Source: an uncultured Alphaproteobacteria bacterium
GTDB lineage: Bacteria > Pseudomonadota > Alphaproteobacteria > CAAHEQ01 > UBA3637
Length of the DNA: 45,059 bases
Direction: 5' to 3'
NCBI GenBank assembly: GCA_944391585.1
Contig: CALXUD010000003.1
Coordinates: 1-45,059 of the forward strand
Shown: piece after piece, positions 1 through 10,692 of the stretch
Position numbering within the stretch: position 1 is the stretch's first letter
Layout: each line of letters opens with the position of its first letter
Translations under genes and position numbers: made by a program
Notes under the pieces: generated by a model
What the model was told of the DNA's origin: nothing
The model's input: only the letters and a program-made list of their open reading frames with translations
Database searches by the model: none

Positions 1-1712
1 AAACCAATTCCTTCGGCGCCGAATTGACGCGCTGTTTTCGCATCCAATGGTGTTTCGGCGTTGGCGCGCACTTTCAATTTGCGGATTTCATCAACCCAGC
101 CCATGAATTCGCCAAAGTCGCCAGCCATTTCAGGAACGACCAACGGTAAAGCTCCTTTCATCACTTGACCGGTTGTTCCGTCAATGGAAATCATGTCGCC
201 TTCTTTTAAGATAACATCGCCGACTTTTAAGAATTTGCCATCATAATCAATACGCAAATCAGCCACACCAGACACGCACGGTTTGCCCATCCCGCGAGCC
301 ACAACAGCCGCGTGAGAAGTCATACCGCCGCGAGCGGTTAAGATACCTTCAGAAACATGCATACCGGCAATATCTTCCGGAGATGTTTCAATACGAACTA
401 AAACAACTTTTTTACCGGCATGAACCGCTTTTTCAGCATCTTCAGCCGAGAAAACAATTTGTCCGACAGCTGCCCCCGGAGAAGCCGGTAAGCCCATTGT
501 AATCACTTCTTTTCTCGCATTTTTGTCAAACATCGGATGCAATAATTGATCTAATTGAGCGGCATCAACACGAGTGATAGCTGTTTTCTTATCAATTAAG
601 CCTTCGCGTACCATTTCAACAGCAATGCGTAAAGCGGCTGTTCCGGTGCGTTTCCCGTTGCGGGTTTGTAACATCCATAATTTCCCGTCTTGGATTGTGA
701 ATTCCATATCCTGCATATCTTTATAGTGTGCTTCTAATTTGGCACGAATATCGGATAATTGTTTATATAATTCAGGGAATTCTTCTTCCATACATGGTAA
801 GTCCATACCACGGCGTTCCTTAACCAACTTAGTCATTGGTTGCGGTGTACGAATGCCGGCCACAACGTCTTCACCTTGTGCATTTTTCAAGTATTCGCCA
901 TAGAAATAATTTTCCCCAGTTGCCGGGTCGCGAGAGAAGCAAACACCTGTTGCGGAATTATCGCCAGAGTTGCCGAATACCATTGTTTGAACGTTAACGG
1001 CTGTTCCCCAATCGCCAGGAATATTATTCAATTTGCGATAGTAAATTGCGCGGTCAACCATCCAGGAACCGAACACGGCGCCGATACCGCCCCACAATTG
1101 ATCAATCGGGTTTTGTGGGAGAGGATGACCATCTTTTTCGCAGATATCTTTAAATTGAGCAACAACATCTTTTAATTGCTCAACTGTCATTTGGTTGTCA
1201 AATTTATAGCCGTTTTTTTCACGAACTTCATCCAAAACAGCTTCAAATTTAGAGCTATGGACACCCATCACAACGTCACCATACATTTGAATAAAACGGC
1301 GATAGCTATCATAAGCAAACTTTTCATTACCTGAGCGTTTTGCTAAGCCTTTAACAGTTTCATCATTTAAACCAAGATTCAAAACTGTGTCCATCATCCC
1401 CGGCATAGAAACGCGAGCGCCAGAACGAACAGAAAATAACAATGGATTTTCGGCATCGCCGAATTTCATGCCCATTTTATTTTCAATGCCTTGTAATGCA
1501 GCTAAAACTTGATCTTTTAAATCAGCCGGATATGTGTGATTGTTTTCATAATAATATGTACAAACTTCTGTTGTGATTGTAAATCCCGGAGGAACAGGAA
1601 CGCCGACACGGCTCATTTCAGCCAAATTAGCTCCTTTACCACCCAAGAGATTGCGCATACTGGCATCGCCTTCTGCTGCGCCATCACCAAAAGTATAAAC
1701 CCATTTTGTCAT
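1..1712 (-). CDS. ppdK: Pyruvate, phosphate dikinase (5' part; runs off the window start, not in the ORF track)
   Basis: Manual minus-strand translation from ATG 1712 gives MTKWVYTFGDGAAEGDASMRNLLGGKGANLAEMS, then SVRSGARVSMPGMMDTVLNLG and the phospho-His motif TARGGMTSHAAVVARGMG. Confidence 0.97.
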   Translation of the reverse strand, partial: MTKWVYTFGDGAAEGDASMRNLLGGKGANLAEMSRVGVPVPPGFTITTEVCTYYYENNHTYPADLKDQVLAALQGIENKMGMKFGDAENPLLFSVRSGARVSMPGMMDTVLNLGLNDETVKGLAKRSGNEKFAYDSYRRFIQMYGDVVMGVHSSKFEAVLDEVREKNGYKFDNQMTVEQLKDVVAQFKDICEKDGHPLPQNPIDQLWGGIGAVFGSWMVDRAIYYRKLNNIPGDWGTAVNVQTMVFGNSGDNSATGVCFSRDPATGENYFYGEYLKNAQGEDVVAGIRTPQPMTKLVKERRGMDLPCMEEEFPELYKQLSDIRAKLEAHYKDMQDMEFTIQDGKLWMLQTRNGKRTGTAALRIAVEMVREGLIDKKTAITRVDAAQLDQLLHPMFDKNARKEVITMGLPASPGAAVGQIVFSAEDAEKAVHAGKKVVLVRIETSPEDIAGMHVSEGILTARGGMTSHAAVVARGMGKPCVSGVADLRIDYDGKFLKVGDVILKEGDMISIDGTTGQVMKGALPLVVPEMAGDFGEFMGWVDEIRKLKVRANAETPLDAKTARQFGAEGIG

Positions 1713-1881
1713 TTTTAGTTTTCCTTTTTCTTGATTACATAATTAAAAAAACCACGAAACGCCGTAAAAACAATGACATATCATGGAATTTTTTGTTTTT
1801 TACCAAAAATGTGTATCATCTTTTAAGATGAATTGCAAGTATTTTTTTATAATTGAAAGGGATATTGAAGGGAAAAAGTAT

Positions 1882-1911
1882 AAAAACACCCGCTTTGCAG
1901 CGGATGTTTTT
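1882..1911 (-). terminator. Rho-independent terminator of the orphan gene
   Basis: Minus strand reads AAAAACATCCGCT-GCAA-AGCGGGTGTTTTT, just after the stop at 1917. Confidence 0.85.
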
Positions 1912-1916
1912 AACAT

Positions 1917-3983
1917 TTACATTTTTGTTCGTTCTTGCATCTTTCTGGCAATTTCTTTTAAAATTGGAGAAATTATAATGATTTTCTCCCGTTTCTGAAT
2001 AATCGTCAGCGCTTCTTTTTGGCGAACAACATGAACTTGTGTTGTATCTGAATCCAATACCGGTTTGATTTTGTTTTCTTGAATTGGAATAATTTCAGTC
2101 TCTATCGAAGGAGTATTATTATTCGTCTGAGGGGAAATAATCTCCACATCTCTTTGAATGGGGGTGTTATTTTCAAAAGATTTTGTTTTAGAGCGCTTTA
2201 ATGGCGTTTTTTTGGAAACAGTTGCCCTTGAAGGTCTTGTTGATTTTTCCCCTGAGCTTGAAGTTAAATTGTCGGAAACTGTTTTTTCTTCTTTTTGTGT
2301 TTCCTTAACAGTTGTTATTTCTGGTTTTTTTATCACATTCAAAGCATGCTCTTCATGTAATTTAATTTGCACTTTTGGAGTATTTCTTTTTCGATTTTGA
2401 ATTTCGGCAAAAAGAGCTAATTTTTTCAAAGCTTCCAATTTGTCAGATTCATTTTGATAAGAAAAATCAATGGAATAACTTTTTTTAGAAATGCTTTTTG
2501 GATTTCCTTTATAAGAGAAGTTGATTTTTAAATCCTTATAAGCAGATAAATCAATTGTCTCTAATTGCATTACATTATCAATGGATAAATTTAATTCTTT
2601 CATATTCGGTGGGAAAATGAATGTTTTTACCGTTGGAGAATTGGATAAATTCAATGTCAATTTTTCAATTTTATGGCATTGTGAAAAATCAATTTCAGGG
2701 CCTTTGACGTTGTTTAAATCCACGTTTAATTCCGTGCTGCTGTCCGGAATAACAACTTTATCCAGATTTATTAAGTTAGCTTCACTTAAATCTAACGATT
2801 CCAAATTTTGAAATGGAATGGTCAAATTTGCATTTTCCTGAGGAAAAGAATGAACAATTTTAAGTGTTTTTAAGTCAAAACGATCTGGGTTTAATCGAAC
2901 ATAGTCATGAATTTGGTCAATTGCTTCTTTTGTTAAATCAACCAGTTTTAAGACATTGATTTTTGATAATTTTCTTTTTAATTCTTCCAAAAATGAACGA
3001 TCTTCATAATTTTCGGTATAAATTTTAAATTCAGTCGCTGTTGGAGTGTAAGGTACTAAATTGTGGTCATTATAATACTCGGCCGAAACAATTTTATTTT
3101 GTGAATCATAACGAACTTCATGACCATGTTTATGCCAAAAAGCTCCCTTTAAATGCCAAGATGTTTTTGTATAACCATTTTCATCATACGTATATGTTTC
3201 TTTTTTATAAGTAACATTGTTTTGATCGTAATATAGTCGTTCAACGATCCTGTTTTGATCATCAAATTTATCTATTACATTTTCTTTGGGTTGAATTTGA
3301 GGTTGAAAACGACGATTTGAAGAATTTAAACTCTCTTCAATTTTTTGTTGATTAAGTTCTTCGGTTGTTTTTTCGGTTATGGAATAATTTCTTGTTTGCT
3401 CATCAAAACTGATATTATATTTTATTGTGTCAAAAGATTGGATAATATTTCCAATTAAATCTTTTTTATTAATTTTAGAAATATTTCCATTTGCATCAAA
3501 AATAATTTCTTCCTTTGGTCGAATAATGCGATAACGAATGATTTCTCCATTCTTAGATTCTTGATATTGAACTTTTTCTTTTTTCTTAGAAAAGAAACCT
3601 GTTCGAGTAGTAATTGTTTCTTCCCAGATTTTATTAATAACATACTTTAATTGTTTAATCGGTTGATTGTTTTTGTACAAAGTTAAAGTATTTGGTATTC
3701 CTTTTGAATCGTAGTCAAAACGGCGTAGCGCATTATTTCCTTTGATGTATATTTTAGATTTTATTTTTGAAGGACTAAGCATATTATACTCAATATGATA
3801 ATGATGCTCTTCAATAGGATACTCTTGGACATGAATGGTTGTATCAAATGTTTCTTCATCAATGACAGTTTCTGTTCGGATTATGTTGCCGGAAGTGTCT
3901 TTAAAAATATATGTTTTCTTCCCATCAACCATAACCGGTTCTGGAATGAATGCTGTTGGATTATAAGGCGATTGATATTTCAT
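1917..3983 (-). CDS. Hypothetical 688-aa protein: YD-like beta-hairpin repeats, LRR-like region, low-complexity tail
   Basis: Long ORF; ATG 3983 follows AAAGGGGA; repeats such as FDYDSKG, FDANGN, YTYDENG, RYDSQNK; LRR-like segments NLESLDLSEANL and LETIDLSAYKDL. Confidence 0.85.
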   Translation of the reverse strand: MKYQSPYNPTAFIPEPVMVDGKKTYIFKDTSGNIIRTETVIDEETFDTTIHVQEYPIEEHHYHIEYNMLSPSKIKSKIYIKGNNALRRFDYDSKGIPNTLTLYKNNQPIKQLKYVINKIWEETITTRTGFFSKKKEKVQYQESKNGEIIRYRIIRPKEEIIFDANGNISKINKKDLIGNIIQSFDTIKYNISFDEQTRNYSITEKTTEELNQQKIEESLNSSNRRFQPQIQPKENVIDKFDDQNRIVERLYYDQNNVTYKKETYTYDENGYTKTSWHLKGAFWHKHGHEVRYDSQNKIVSAEYYNDHNLVPYTPTATEFKIYTENYEDRSFLEELKRKLSKINVLKLVDLTKEAIDQIHDYVRLNPDRFDLKTLKIVHSFPQENANLTIPFQNLESLDLSEANLINLDKVVIPDSSTELNVDLNNVKGPEIDFSQCHKIEKLTLNLSNSPTVKTFIFPPNMKELNLSIDNVMQLETIDLSAYKDLKINFSYKGNPKSISKKSYSIDFSYQNESDKLEALKKLALFAEIQNRKRNTPKVQIKLHEEHALNVIKKPEITTVKETQKEEKTVSDNLTSSSGEKSTRPSRATVSKKTPLKRSKTKSFENNTPIQRDVEIISPQTNNNTPSIETEIIPIQENKIKPVLDSDTTQVHVVRQKEALTIIQKREKIIIISPILKEIARKMQERTKM

Positions 3984-4025
3984 TTTTTTATCCCCTTTCA
4001 CCTGTTTTTTTCTTTTGATATTTGA

Positions 4026-4054
4026 ATATTACTCGTTTTTTTTTGTTTTGTCAA
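4026..4054 (-). promoter_or_regulatory. Sigma70-like promoter of the orphan gene
   Basis: TTGACA-17 bp-TAATAT on the minus strand. Confidence 0.55.
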
Positions 4055-4147
4055 CAAAAAAAGTAAAAGTTGACAAAACTCTTTATAAAAAAAGAGCTTT
4101 TCTTTTCAATTAAAATAAGATACAAGGAGCAAAAAGGGAGTATTTGC

Positions 4148-6391
4148 ATGGAACATATTTTAGAAGCGTATCTTGTTGAAAATTTGGTAAATGGACGCTA
4201 TTTTGGAGATCCGTTTTCTGTTTTAGGAATGCATCATTCTGTTGATGAAGATGGTCAAAAATTAATTTTTATACGTACGGTTCAACCACAGGCAAAAAAG
4301 GTTGAGATTATTGATCCGAAAACAAAAAATGTAATTGATACGATGCGTTTGGTTCATCCAAATGGGTTATTTCAATCAGATTTTGGCGGGCATGATAATT
4401 TTTTTCCTTATCTTTTCCGGATTACACTTTATAACGGTCAAACTTATGAAACTGAAGATGTTTATCGTTTTTGGCCGGTTTTAGGAGATATGGACTTATA
4501 TTTGTTTAATGAGGGAACACATTATCGTTCTTATGAAAAATTAGGCGCCCATTTGATAAGGCATCAAGGGGTAGAGGGAGCTTCTTTTGCTGTTTGGGCA
4601 CCAAACGCGAAACGGGTAAGTGTAGTTGGTTCTTTTAACGGATGGGATGGACGTCGTCATTTAATGCGACCGCGGGGCAGTTCAGGTATTTGGGAATTAT
4701 TTATTCCAAGTTTAAAACAATGGGATATGTATAAATATGAAATAATCGGTGCTAATGGTGATTTATTGCCGTTAAAGATTGATCCGGTCGGATTTGCTTT
4801 TGAAATGCGTCCAAAAACCGGCACTTTAATTTTTAATCATCAAAATTATCAATGGCAGGATTCTGAATGGTTACGATCCGGTCGGGAAAAGGCTAACGCG
4901 CTTTCATCTGCGATTTCAATTTATGAAGTACATTTAGGCTCGTGGAGACGTAATTCATTGGAAGGAAACCGTTGGTTGACTTATCGTGAAATGGCGGTGG
5001 AGTTACCTAAATATGTTAAAGAAATGGGATTTACTCATGTGGAATTTTTGCCGTTAGCTGAATATCCGTTTGACGGTTCTTGGGGATATCAGGTAACAGG
5101 TATGTATGCACCAACCAGTCGTTATGGTACACCGGATGACTTTAAGTATTTAATTGATGCGTTGCATCAAGCAGGAATTGCGGTAATTATGGATTGGGTA
5201 CCGGCTCATTTCCCGAAGGATGCGTTTGGATTGGCACAATTTGATGGAACAGCGCTTTATGAACATGCAGATCCAAGACGGGGAGAACATAAGGATTGGG
5301 GAACAAAAATTTATAATTACTCTCGTTCAGAAGTTGCTGATTTCTTGCTTTCTAATGCTCTATTTTGGATTCGGGAATATCATATAGATGCATTACGTGT
5401 AGATGCAGTTGCCAGTATGCTTTATTTAGATTACTCCCGCAAAGAAGGTGAATGGATACCAAATGAATATGGTGGGCGTGAAAATATTGAAGCGATTCAT
5501 TTTTTACGCCGCTTGAATGAATTGATTTTTGCTGAAAATGTGGGGGCAACAACATTTGCGGAAGAATCTACCGCTTGGCCGATGGTTTCGCGTCCGACTT
5601 ATATCGGCGGATTGGGATTTGGGTACAAATGGAATATGGGGTGGATGCATGATACGCTGGAATACATGCATGAAAATCCGATACATCGGAAATATCATCA
5701 AAATGAATTGACTTTCAGTTTTTTATATACATTTACGGAGAATTTTGTGTTGCCGCTTTCTCATGATGAAGTGGTACATGGAAAAGGTCCGATGATTGAT
5801 AAAATGCCGGGAGATGAATGGCAAAAATTTGCAAATTTGCGTGCTTATTACAGTTATATGTTTATGCATCCCGGCAAAAAATTGCTTTTTATGGGAAATG
5901 AATTTGCTGAAAATAAAGAGTGGCGTTATGCAGATAGTTTAAATTGGGACTTGTTATTAGGAAAGCATAATAAAGGTTTACTACATTTAGTGCAGGATTT
6001 AAATAAATTGTATCAATTAATCCCAGCATTGCATGAGTTGGATTGCGAAGGTGCTGGATTTGAGTGGATTGATGGGAGTGACATAGATAATTCATGTATT
6101 TCTTTTATGCGTAAAGATAAGCAAGGGAATAGTATAATTGTTGTGTGTAATTTTACTCCAGTACCACGATATAATTATCGGGTAGGGGTTAATGAATCAG
6201 GTATTTATGAGCAAATTTTCAACTCAGATGATTTACGTTATGCCGGTTCTGGCGTTGGTAATTATCAGGATTTATTAACAGAAGAACCTGGCTGGAATTT
6301 TAAACCTTATGCTTTACAGGTTGTTTTGCCGCCATTGGCTGTTGTCGCCTTTAAATTAAAGGTAAAAAAGGAAAGTTTAAAACGGTTTTAG
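4148..6391 (+). CDS. glgB: 1,4-alpha-glucan branching enzyme
   Basis: GH13 motifs IYEVHLGSW, SWGYQ, DWVPAHF, LRVDAVASM, AEES, LSHDEVVHGK; ATG 4148 follows GGGAG. Confidence 0.97.
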   Translation: MEHILEAYLVENLVNGRYFGDPFSVLGMHHSVDEDGQKLIFIRTVQPQAKKVEIIDPKTKNVIDTMRLVHPNGLFQSDFGGHDNFFPYLFRITLYNGQTYETEDVYRFWPVLGDMDLYLFNEGTHYRSYEKLGAHLIRHQGVEGASFAVWAPNAKRVSVVGSFNGWDGRRHLMRPRGSSGIWELFIPSLKQWDMYKYEIIGANGDLLPLKIDPVGFAFEMRPKTGTLIFNHQNYQWQDSEWLRSGREKANALSSAISIYEVHLGSWRRNSLEGNRWLTYREMAVELPKYVKEMGFTHVEFLPLAEYPFDGSWGYQVTGMYAPTSRYGTPDDFKYLIDALHQAGIAVIMDWVPAHFPKDAFGLAQFDGTALYEHADPRRGEHKDWGTKIYNYSRSEVADFLLSNALFWIREYHIDALRVDAVASMLYLDYSRKEGEWIPNEYGGRENIEAIHFLRRLNELIFAENVGATTFAEESTAWPMVSRPTYIGGLGFGYKWNMGWMHDTLEYMHENPIHRKYHQNELTFSFLYTFTENFVLPLSHDEVVHGKGPMIDKMPGDEWQKFANLRAYYSYMFMHPGKKLLFMGNEFAENKEWRYADSLNWDLLLGKHNKGLLHLVQDLNKLYQLIPALHELDCEGAGFEWIDGSDIDNSCISFMRKDKQGNSIIVVCNFTPVPRYNYRVGVNESGIYEQIFNSDDLRYAGSGVGNYQDLLTEEPGWNFKPYALQVVLPPLAVVAFKLKVKKESLKRF

Positions 6392-6449
6392 AGAATAACT
6401 TGATTTTGTTTTTAAAAAGCGTTATTTATCTAAAAAGAGAGGAAATTGC

Positions 6450-8486
6450 ATGAGTTATGAAGTATTAACGGGATTGCCATATCCGCTTGGCGCTCAATTT
6501 GACGGGAATGGAACAAACTTTGCATTATATTCGGCACACGCAACACGAGTGCAACTATGTTTGTTTAATCAAAAAGGAACTGGAGAAATACGGATTGATT
6601 TACCGAATTATACGGATGAAGTATTTCATGGATATATTAAGGGAGTCAAACCGGGTCAATTATATGGCTATCGCGTTTATGGACCTTATGAGCCGGAAAA
6701 GGGTCATCGATTTAATCCTTATAAGTTGTTGATTGATCCTTATGCCCGTCAATTAACAGGTTCTATTATTTCAGATAATACAATGTTGGGATATATCCCG
6801 TTTTCAAAAAAAGAAGACTTATCTTTTAATCGTCGTAATTCAGCACCTTTTGTTCCGAAATGTGTTGTGGTGGCTGATGACGCATTTCAATGGGAATCAG
6901 AAAAACCGAAAATTTCGTGGAATGATGTTATCATTTATGAAGCTCATTTAAAAGGCTTTACGGCAAAAAATCCAGCAGTAGATAAAGCATTGCGTGGGAC
7001 GTGTGCCGGTATGAGTTCTAAAAAAGTGGTGGAATATATTAAAAGTTTAGGTATCTCTTCTGTTGAATTATTGCCGGTTGCCAGTTTTATGACCAGCGGG
7101 TTTTTATTGGATAAAGGATTAACCAATTATTGGGGGTATGACCCAATTGCTTTTATGGCACCTCATGCTCCTTACTTATCTACAGGGAAAATAGATGAAT
7201 TTAAACATATGATTCAAGTGTTTCATGAGGCAGGTATAGAAGTTTTGTTAGATGTTGTTTATAATCATACGGGAGAAGGTAATCAAATGGGGCAAACCAT
7301 TTGTTATAGGGGAATTGATAACGCCTCTTATTATCGTTTAAATAAAACTAATCCAAGGTATTATGATGATACGACAGGGTGTGGTGCTTCATTTAATTTA
7401 GGTCATCCACGTGCCTTGCAACTTGTTATGGATTCTCTTCGTTATTGGGCTGATAAGGTTCAAGTTGATGGTTTTCGGTTTGATTTGGCAACGACCTTAG
7501 CTCGAGATGAAAATAATGCATATACGCAAAATAGCGATTTTTTGGCCACTGTTCAACAAGATCCTACGTTACAAAGACTAAAATTAATTGCTGAACCTTG
7601 GGATTTAGGTTGGGGTGGTTATCAAGTTGGCTCATTTAGACCCGGTTGGGCAGAGTGGAATGATAAATTTAGAGATACGATGCGTCGTTTTTGGAAAGGA
7701 GATGAAGGTCAAGCATCAGATTTCGCTTTTCGTTTAACGGCATCTTCTGATGTATATCAACATAAAGGAAGAAAACCATGGGAGACCATTAATTTTATCA
7801 CGGCTCATGATGGCTTTAATTTATATGATTTGGTCTCTTATAATACAAAACATAATGAAGCCAATTGTGAAGATAATAAAGATGGTTCTGATAATAATCT
7901 TTCTTGGAATAGTGGATTTGAAGGGGAAACAACGGATGAAAATGTTTTAAAAATCAGGGAACGTCGAGCAAGAGGATTAATGGCTTCATTACTTCTTTCA
8001 TTTGGAACACCTATGATTCGAGCTGGTGATGAGATTTTAAGAACGGCAAAAGGAAATAATAACACGTATGCTCAAGATAATGATTATACGTGGATTAATT
8101 GGGCTCATATTCAACCTGCGGGATATAGAATGTTAAGTTTAGTGAAACAACTTTTGTCTATTCGTAAACATTACCCGATAATGGAAAGTGAAGATTTTTT
8201 TAATGAAAAAAATTTGATTTGGTATCGCCCTGATGCTCATATTATGCTCAGAGAAGATTGGGGAGCTTATGCACGTGCTTTATCTTGTTTCATTTTAAAT
8301 GAAAATAATAGCCTATTTATGATTTTTAACGCATTTAATGAAGATATTCATTGGACTTTACCCATACTTGAAAAAGGGAAATGGAAATTGATTATTGATA
8401 CTTCTTTAACTTATAAAGAAGGAGATATTTTTAAAGATTTACCATCTCCGGCATGGAGTGTTTTATTGTTTGAACAGGAGATATAA
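6450..8486 (+). CDS. glgX: Glycogen debranching enzyme
   Basis: PYPLGA start, NYWGYDP, DVVYNHT, GFRFDLA, IAEPWD, FITAHDGF. Confidence 0.97.
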   Translation: MSYEVLTGLPYPLGAQFDGNGTNFALYSAHATRVQLCLFNQKGTGEIRIDLPNYTDEVFHGYIKGVKPGQLYGYRVYGPYEPEKGHRFNPYKLLIDPYARQLTGSIISDNTMLGYIPFSKKEDLSFNRRNSAPFVPKCVVVADDAFQWESEKPKISWNDVIIYEAHLKGFTAKNPAVDKALRGTCAGMSSKKVVEYIKSLGISSVELLPVASFMTSGFLLDKGLTNYWGYDPIAFMAPHAPYLSTGKIDEFKHMIQVFHEAGIEVLLDVVYNHTGEGNQMGQTICYRGIDNASYYRLNKTNPRYYDDTTGCGASFNLGHPRALQLVMDSLRYWADKVQVDGFRFDLATTLARDENNAYTQNSDFLATVQQDPTLQRLKLIAEPWDLGWGGYQVGSFRPGWAEWNDKFRDTMRRFWKGDEGQASDFAFRLTASSDVYQHKGRKPWETINFITAHDGFNLYDLVSYNTKHNEANCEDNKDGSDNNLSWNSGFEGETTDENVLKIRERRARGLMASLLLSFGTPMIRAGDEILRTAKGNNNTYAQDNDYTWINWAHIQPAGYRMLSLVKQLLSIRKHYPIMESEDFFNEKNLIWYRPDAHIMLREDWGAYARALSCFILNENNSLFMIFNAFNEDIHWTLPILEKGKWKLIIDTSLTYKEGDIFKDLPSPAWSVLLFEQEI

Positions 8487-10682
8487 ATGGCTTATACAGA
8501 ACTTTTGAATGAGTTGTGTACAAGATTAGGAGTTTGGACTAGTTTTTATAATCCAGATTTACAAAAAGAAGTGAAAGCAGATCAAAGTTCTAAAAGGATT
8601 ATTTGTCGTGCGTTGGGTTATCCCGCAGAAACGGAAAAGCAAATTCAACGTTCTTTAAAAAAGTTACATGATGAATATTGGCAGGAGTTTTCTCCTCCGG
8701 TAAAAGTGGCGTTGGAAAGTGAAATTAAGCCTTTGGTTTTATATATTATTGTGCGGCAGGCAGATCAAAATAAGGCCTTTTCTTTTGTTTTAACGCGTGA
8801 AGATGGAACCACTCAAGCGGGAATAATCTCTTTAGCTGATGGGCAAATTATGGAAACGGCTGTTTTTGATTCAGAAATTTATTTACGGTATCAAATTCGT
8901 CTCTATTTAGATGTGGGACAAGGCTATCATTCTTTATCATTTTTAATGGATAATCAAAAGATAAAATCTAATGCGCAAACCCGTTTAATTGTGGTTCCAT
9001 CTCAATGTTTTGTTCAAGAATCTCTGTTATCCGGTCATAAGGCATGGGGGTTCCCGCTTCAATTATATGCACTTCAATCTGATCGTAATTGGGGAATTGG
9101 CGATTTCACTGATTTGTGTCAAATGGCGCATTTATCTAAAAAATTAGGTGCAGATTTATTAGGTATTAATCCGGTTAACGCTTTATTTTCGGATGCTCCA
9201 GAACAAGCCAGTCCTTATTCACCATCTTCTCGTGTCTTTTTAAATCCGCTTTATATTGATATAGATGCTGTCCCGGAAGCAGTCGATTGCACGGCTTTGG
9301 CTGATTATAAGAAATCAGATCGTTTTAAAGAAGTGCTGTGTTATCTTAAGGCAGACAATCAAGTTAATTATGATTATGTTTCCGAATTAAAACTCACTGC
9401 TTTAGAAATTTTATTTAAAGTTTTTAAGGCAGTTCACTTGGATGAAAAAGGATCTCCGATAACACCGCGGGGAGAGTCTTTTAAAACTTTTATTCAAGAA
9501 TATGGAGAACAATTGGAAACCTTTGCTACTTTTCAGGTATTGCGTCAATACTTTAAAACACAAGGACAATCTTTATTGTGGTGGCGTTGGGAGAAAGGAT
9601 ATCTGACGCCTGACGGTGATTTAATTAAAAGCTTCCAAAAAAAATATGCGGATAGTATCTTATTTGTAAAATATCAGCAATTTTTAGCATTTGAGCAATA
9701 TGCTTCCGTTGGTTCTTGCTTTAAAGAAGAAAATTATACAATCGGTCTTTATACGGATTTGCCGGTCAGTGTTGGAGAAAATAGTGCTGAAGTGTGGGCA
9801 AATCAAAATTTGTTTTTACATGATGTATCTGTTGGATCTCCTCCGGATATGTTTAATAAAAAAGGACAAAATTGGGCTTTGTCCGCTTTTAATCCGAAGG
9901 AATTGAAGCGTTCGGGGTATGATATTTTTATTCGGATTATTAAGAATCTGATGAAGTCTTCCGGTGCCGTTCGGATTGATCACGCTTTTGGTTTAATGCG
10001 TCTTTATTTGCGCGTTTTGCATGGTAAAGGAGCTTATTTATCTTATCCGTTTGATGATTTAATGGGGATTATTGCACTTGAATCCATGCGTAATCGGTGT
10101 TGTGTGATTGCGGAAGATTTGGGAACGCCACCGCCTGATTTCCATGAAAAAATGCGAGCTTATCGGACGTTTTCATTTCGCTTATTTCGTTACCAAAAAA
10201 ATGGAGATATTTTTATTCCACCGCATGAATATGAGCGCATGTGTCTGATTGCATCAGGGACACATGATTTACCAACGTACTCTGCTTTTTGGAAAGGTAT
10301 AGATTTAGAATTAGCAAAAGAGATGAAAACTATAACTTTATCCCAATACAGAGCTGATAAAAAGAGGCGTATTCAAGAATTAAAAACATTTATTCGTGCT
10401 TTTTCAGAGGAACATTTACCTATTTCAGATACAATAGATCAAAATGAAGTACCAGACTGGTTTACAGCCGATACATATACTTATTTGGCTAGAGCTAACA
10501 GTCTTATTTTATTAGTTCGATTAGAGGATGTTTTGGGGCAAGATGAACAGGTAAATCTCCCAGGGACCTATTTAGAATATCCGAATTGGCGGTATAAATT
10601 GCCTATTTGTTTGGAAAATTTGTGTTTAGATAAACGGGTTCGCTTTATTGCAAATTTGGTAACGACAGAAAGAAAAAAATAA
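8487..10682 (+). CDS. malQ: 4-alpha-glucanotransferase (amylomaltase, GH77)
   Basis: WGIGDFTDL, SPYSPSSR, PPDMF..GQNW, RIDHAFG, IAEDLG, GTHDLPT, NLPGT..YPNWR. Confidence 0.96.
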   Translation: MAYTELLNELCTRLGVWTSFYNPDLQKEVKADQSSKRIICRALGYPAETEKQIQRSLKKLHDEYWQEFSPPVKVALESEIKPLVLYIIVRQADQNKAFSFVLTREDGTTQAGIISLADGQIMETAVFDSEIYLRYQIRLYLDVGQGYHSLSFLMDNQKIKSNAQTRLIVVPSQCFVQESLLSGHKAWGFPLQLYALQSDRNWGIGDFTDLCQMAHLSKKLGADLLGINPVNALFSDAPEQASPYSPSSRVFLNPLYIDIDAVPEAVDCTALADYKKSDRFKEVLCYLKADNQVNYDYVSELKLTALEILFKVFKAVHLDEKGSPITPRGESFKTFIQEYGEQLETFATFQVLRQYFKTQGQSLLWWRWEKGYLTPDGDLIKSFQKKYADSILFVKYQQFLAFEQYASVGSCFKEENYTIGLYTDLPVSVGENSAEVWANQNLFLHDVSVGSPPDMFNKKGQNWALSAFNPKELKRSGYDIFIRIIKNLMKSSGAVRIDHAFGLMRLYLRVLHGKGAYLSYPFDDLMGIIALESMRNRCCVIAEDLGTPPPDFHEKMRAYRTFSFRLFRYQKNGDIFIPPHEYERMCLIASGTHDLPTYSAFWKGIDLELAKEMKTITLSQYRADKKRRIQELKTFIRAFSEEHLPISDTIDQNEVPDWFTADTYTYLARANSLILLVRLEDVLGQDEQVNLPGTYLEYPNWRYKLPICLENLCLDKRVRFIANLVTTERKK

Positions 10683-10692
10683 GAGGTTAGAG

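Noticed and set aside
840-1718. Plus-strand ORFs 840-1175 and 1536-1718
   Set aside because: Antisense shadows of ppdK, which occupies the minus strand.
1783-1998. 71-aa plus-strand ORF
   Set aside because: It crosses a terminator and overlaps the end of the 688-aa gene; no ribosome site or recognisable domain.
4070-4147. Extended N-termini in the ORF track (glgB, and likewise hflX, hydE, rpmI, glk, ptsP, der, SDR)
   Set aside because: Downstream starts have Shine-Dalgarno sites and match family N-termini; the extensions overlap promoters or neighbouring genes.
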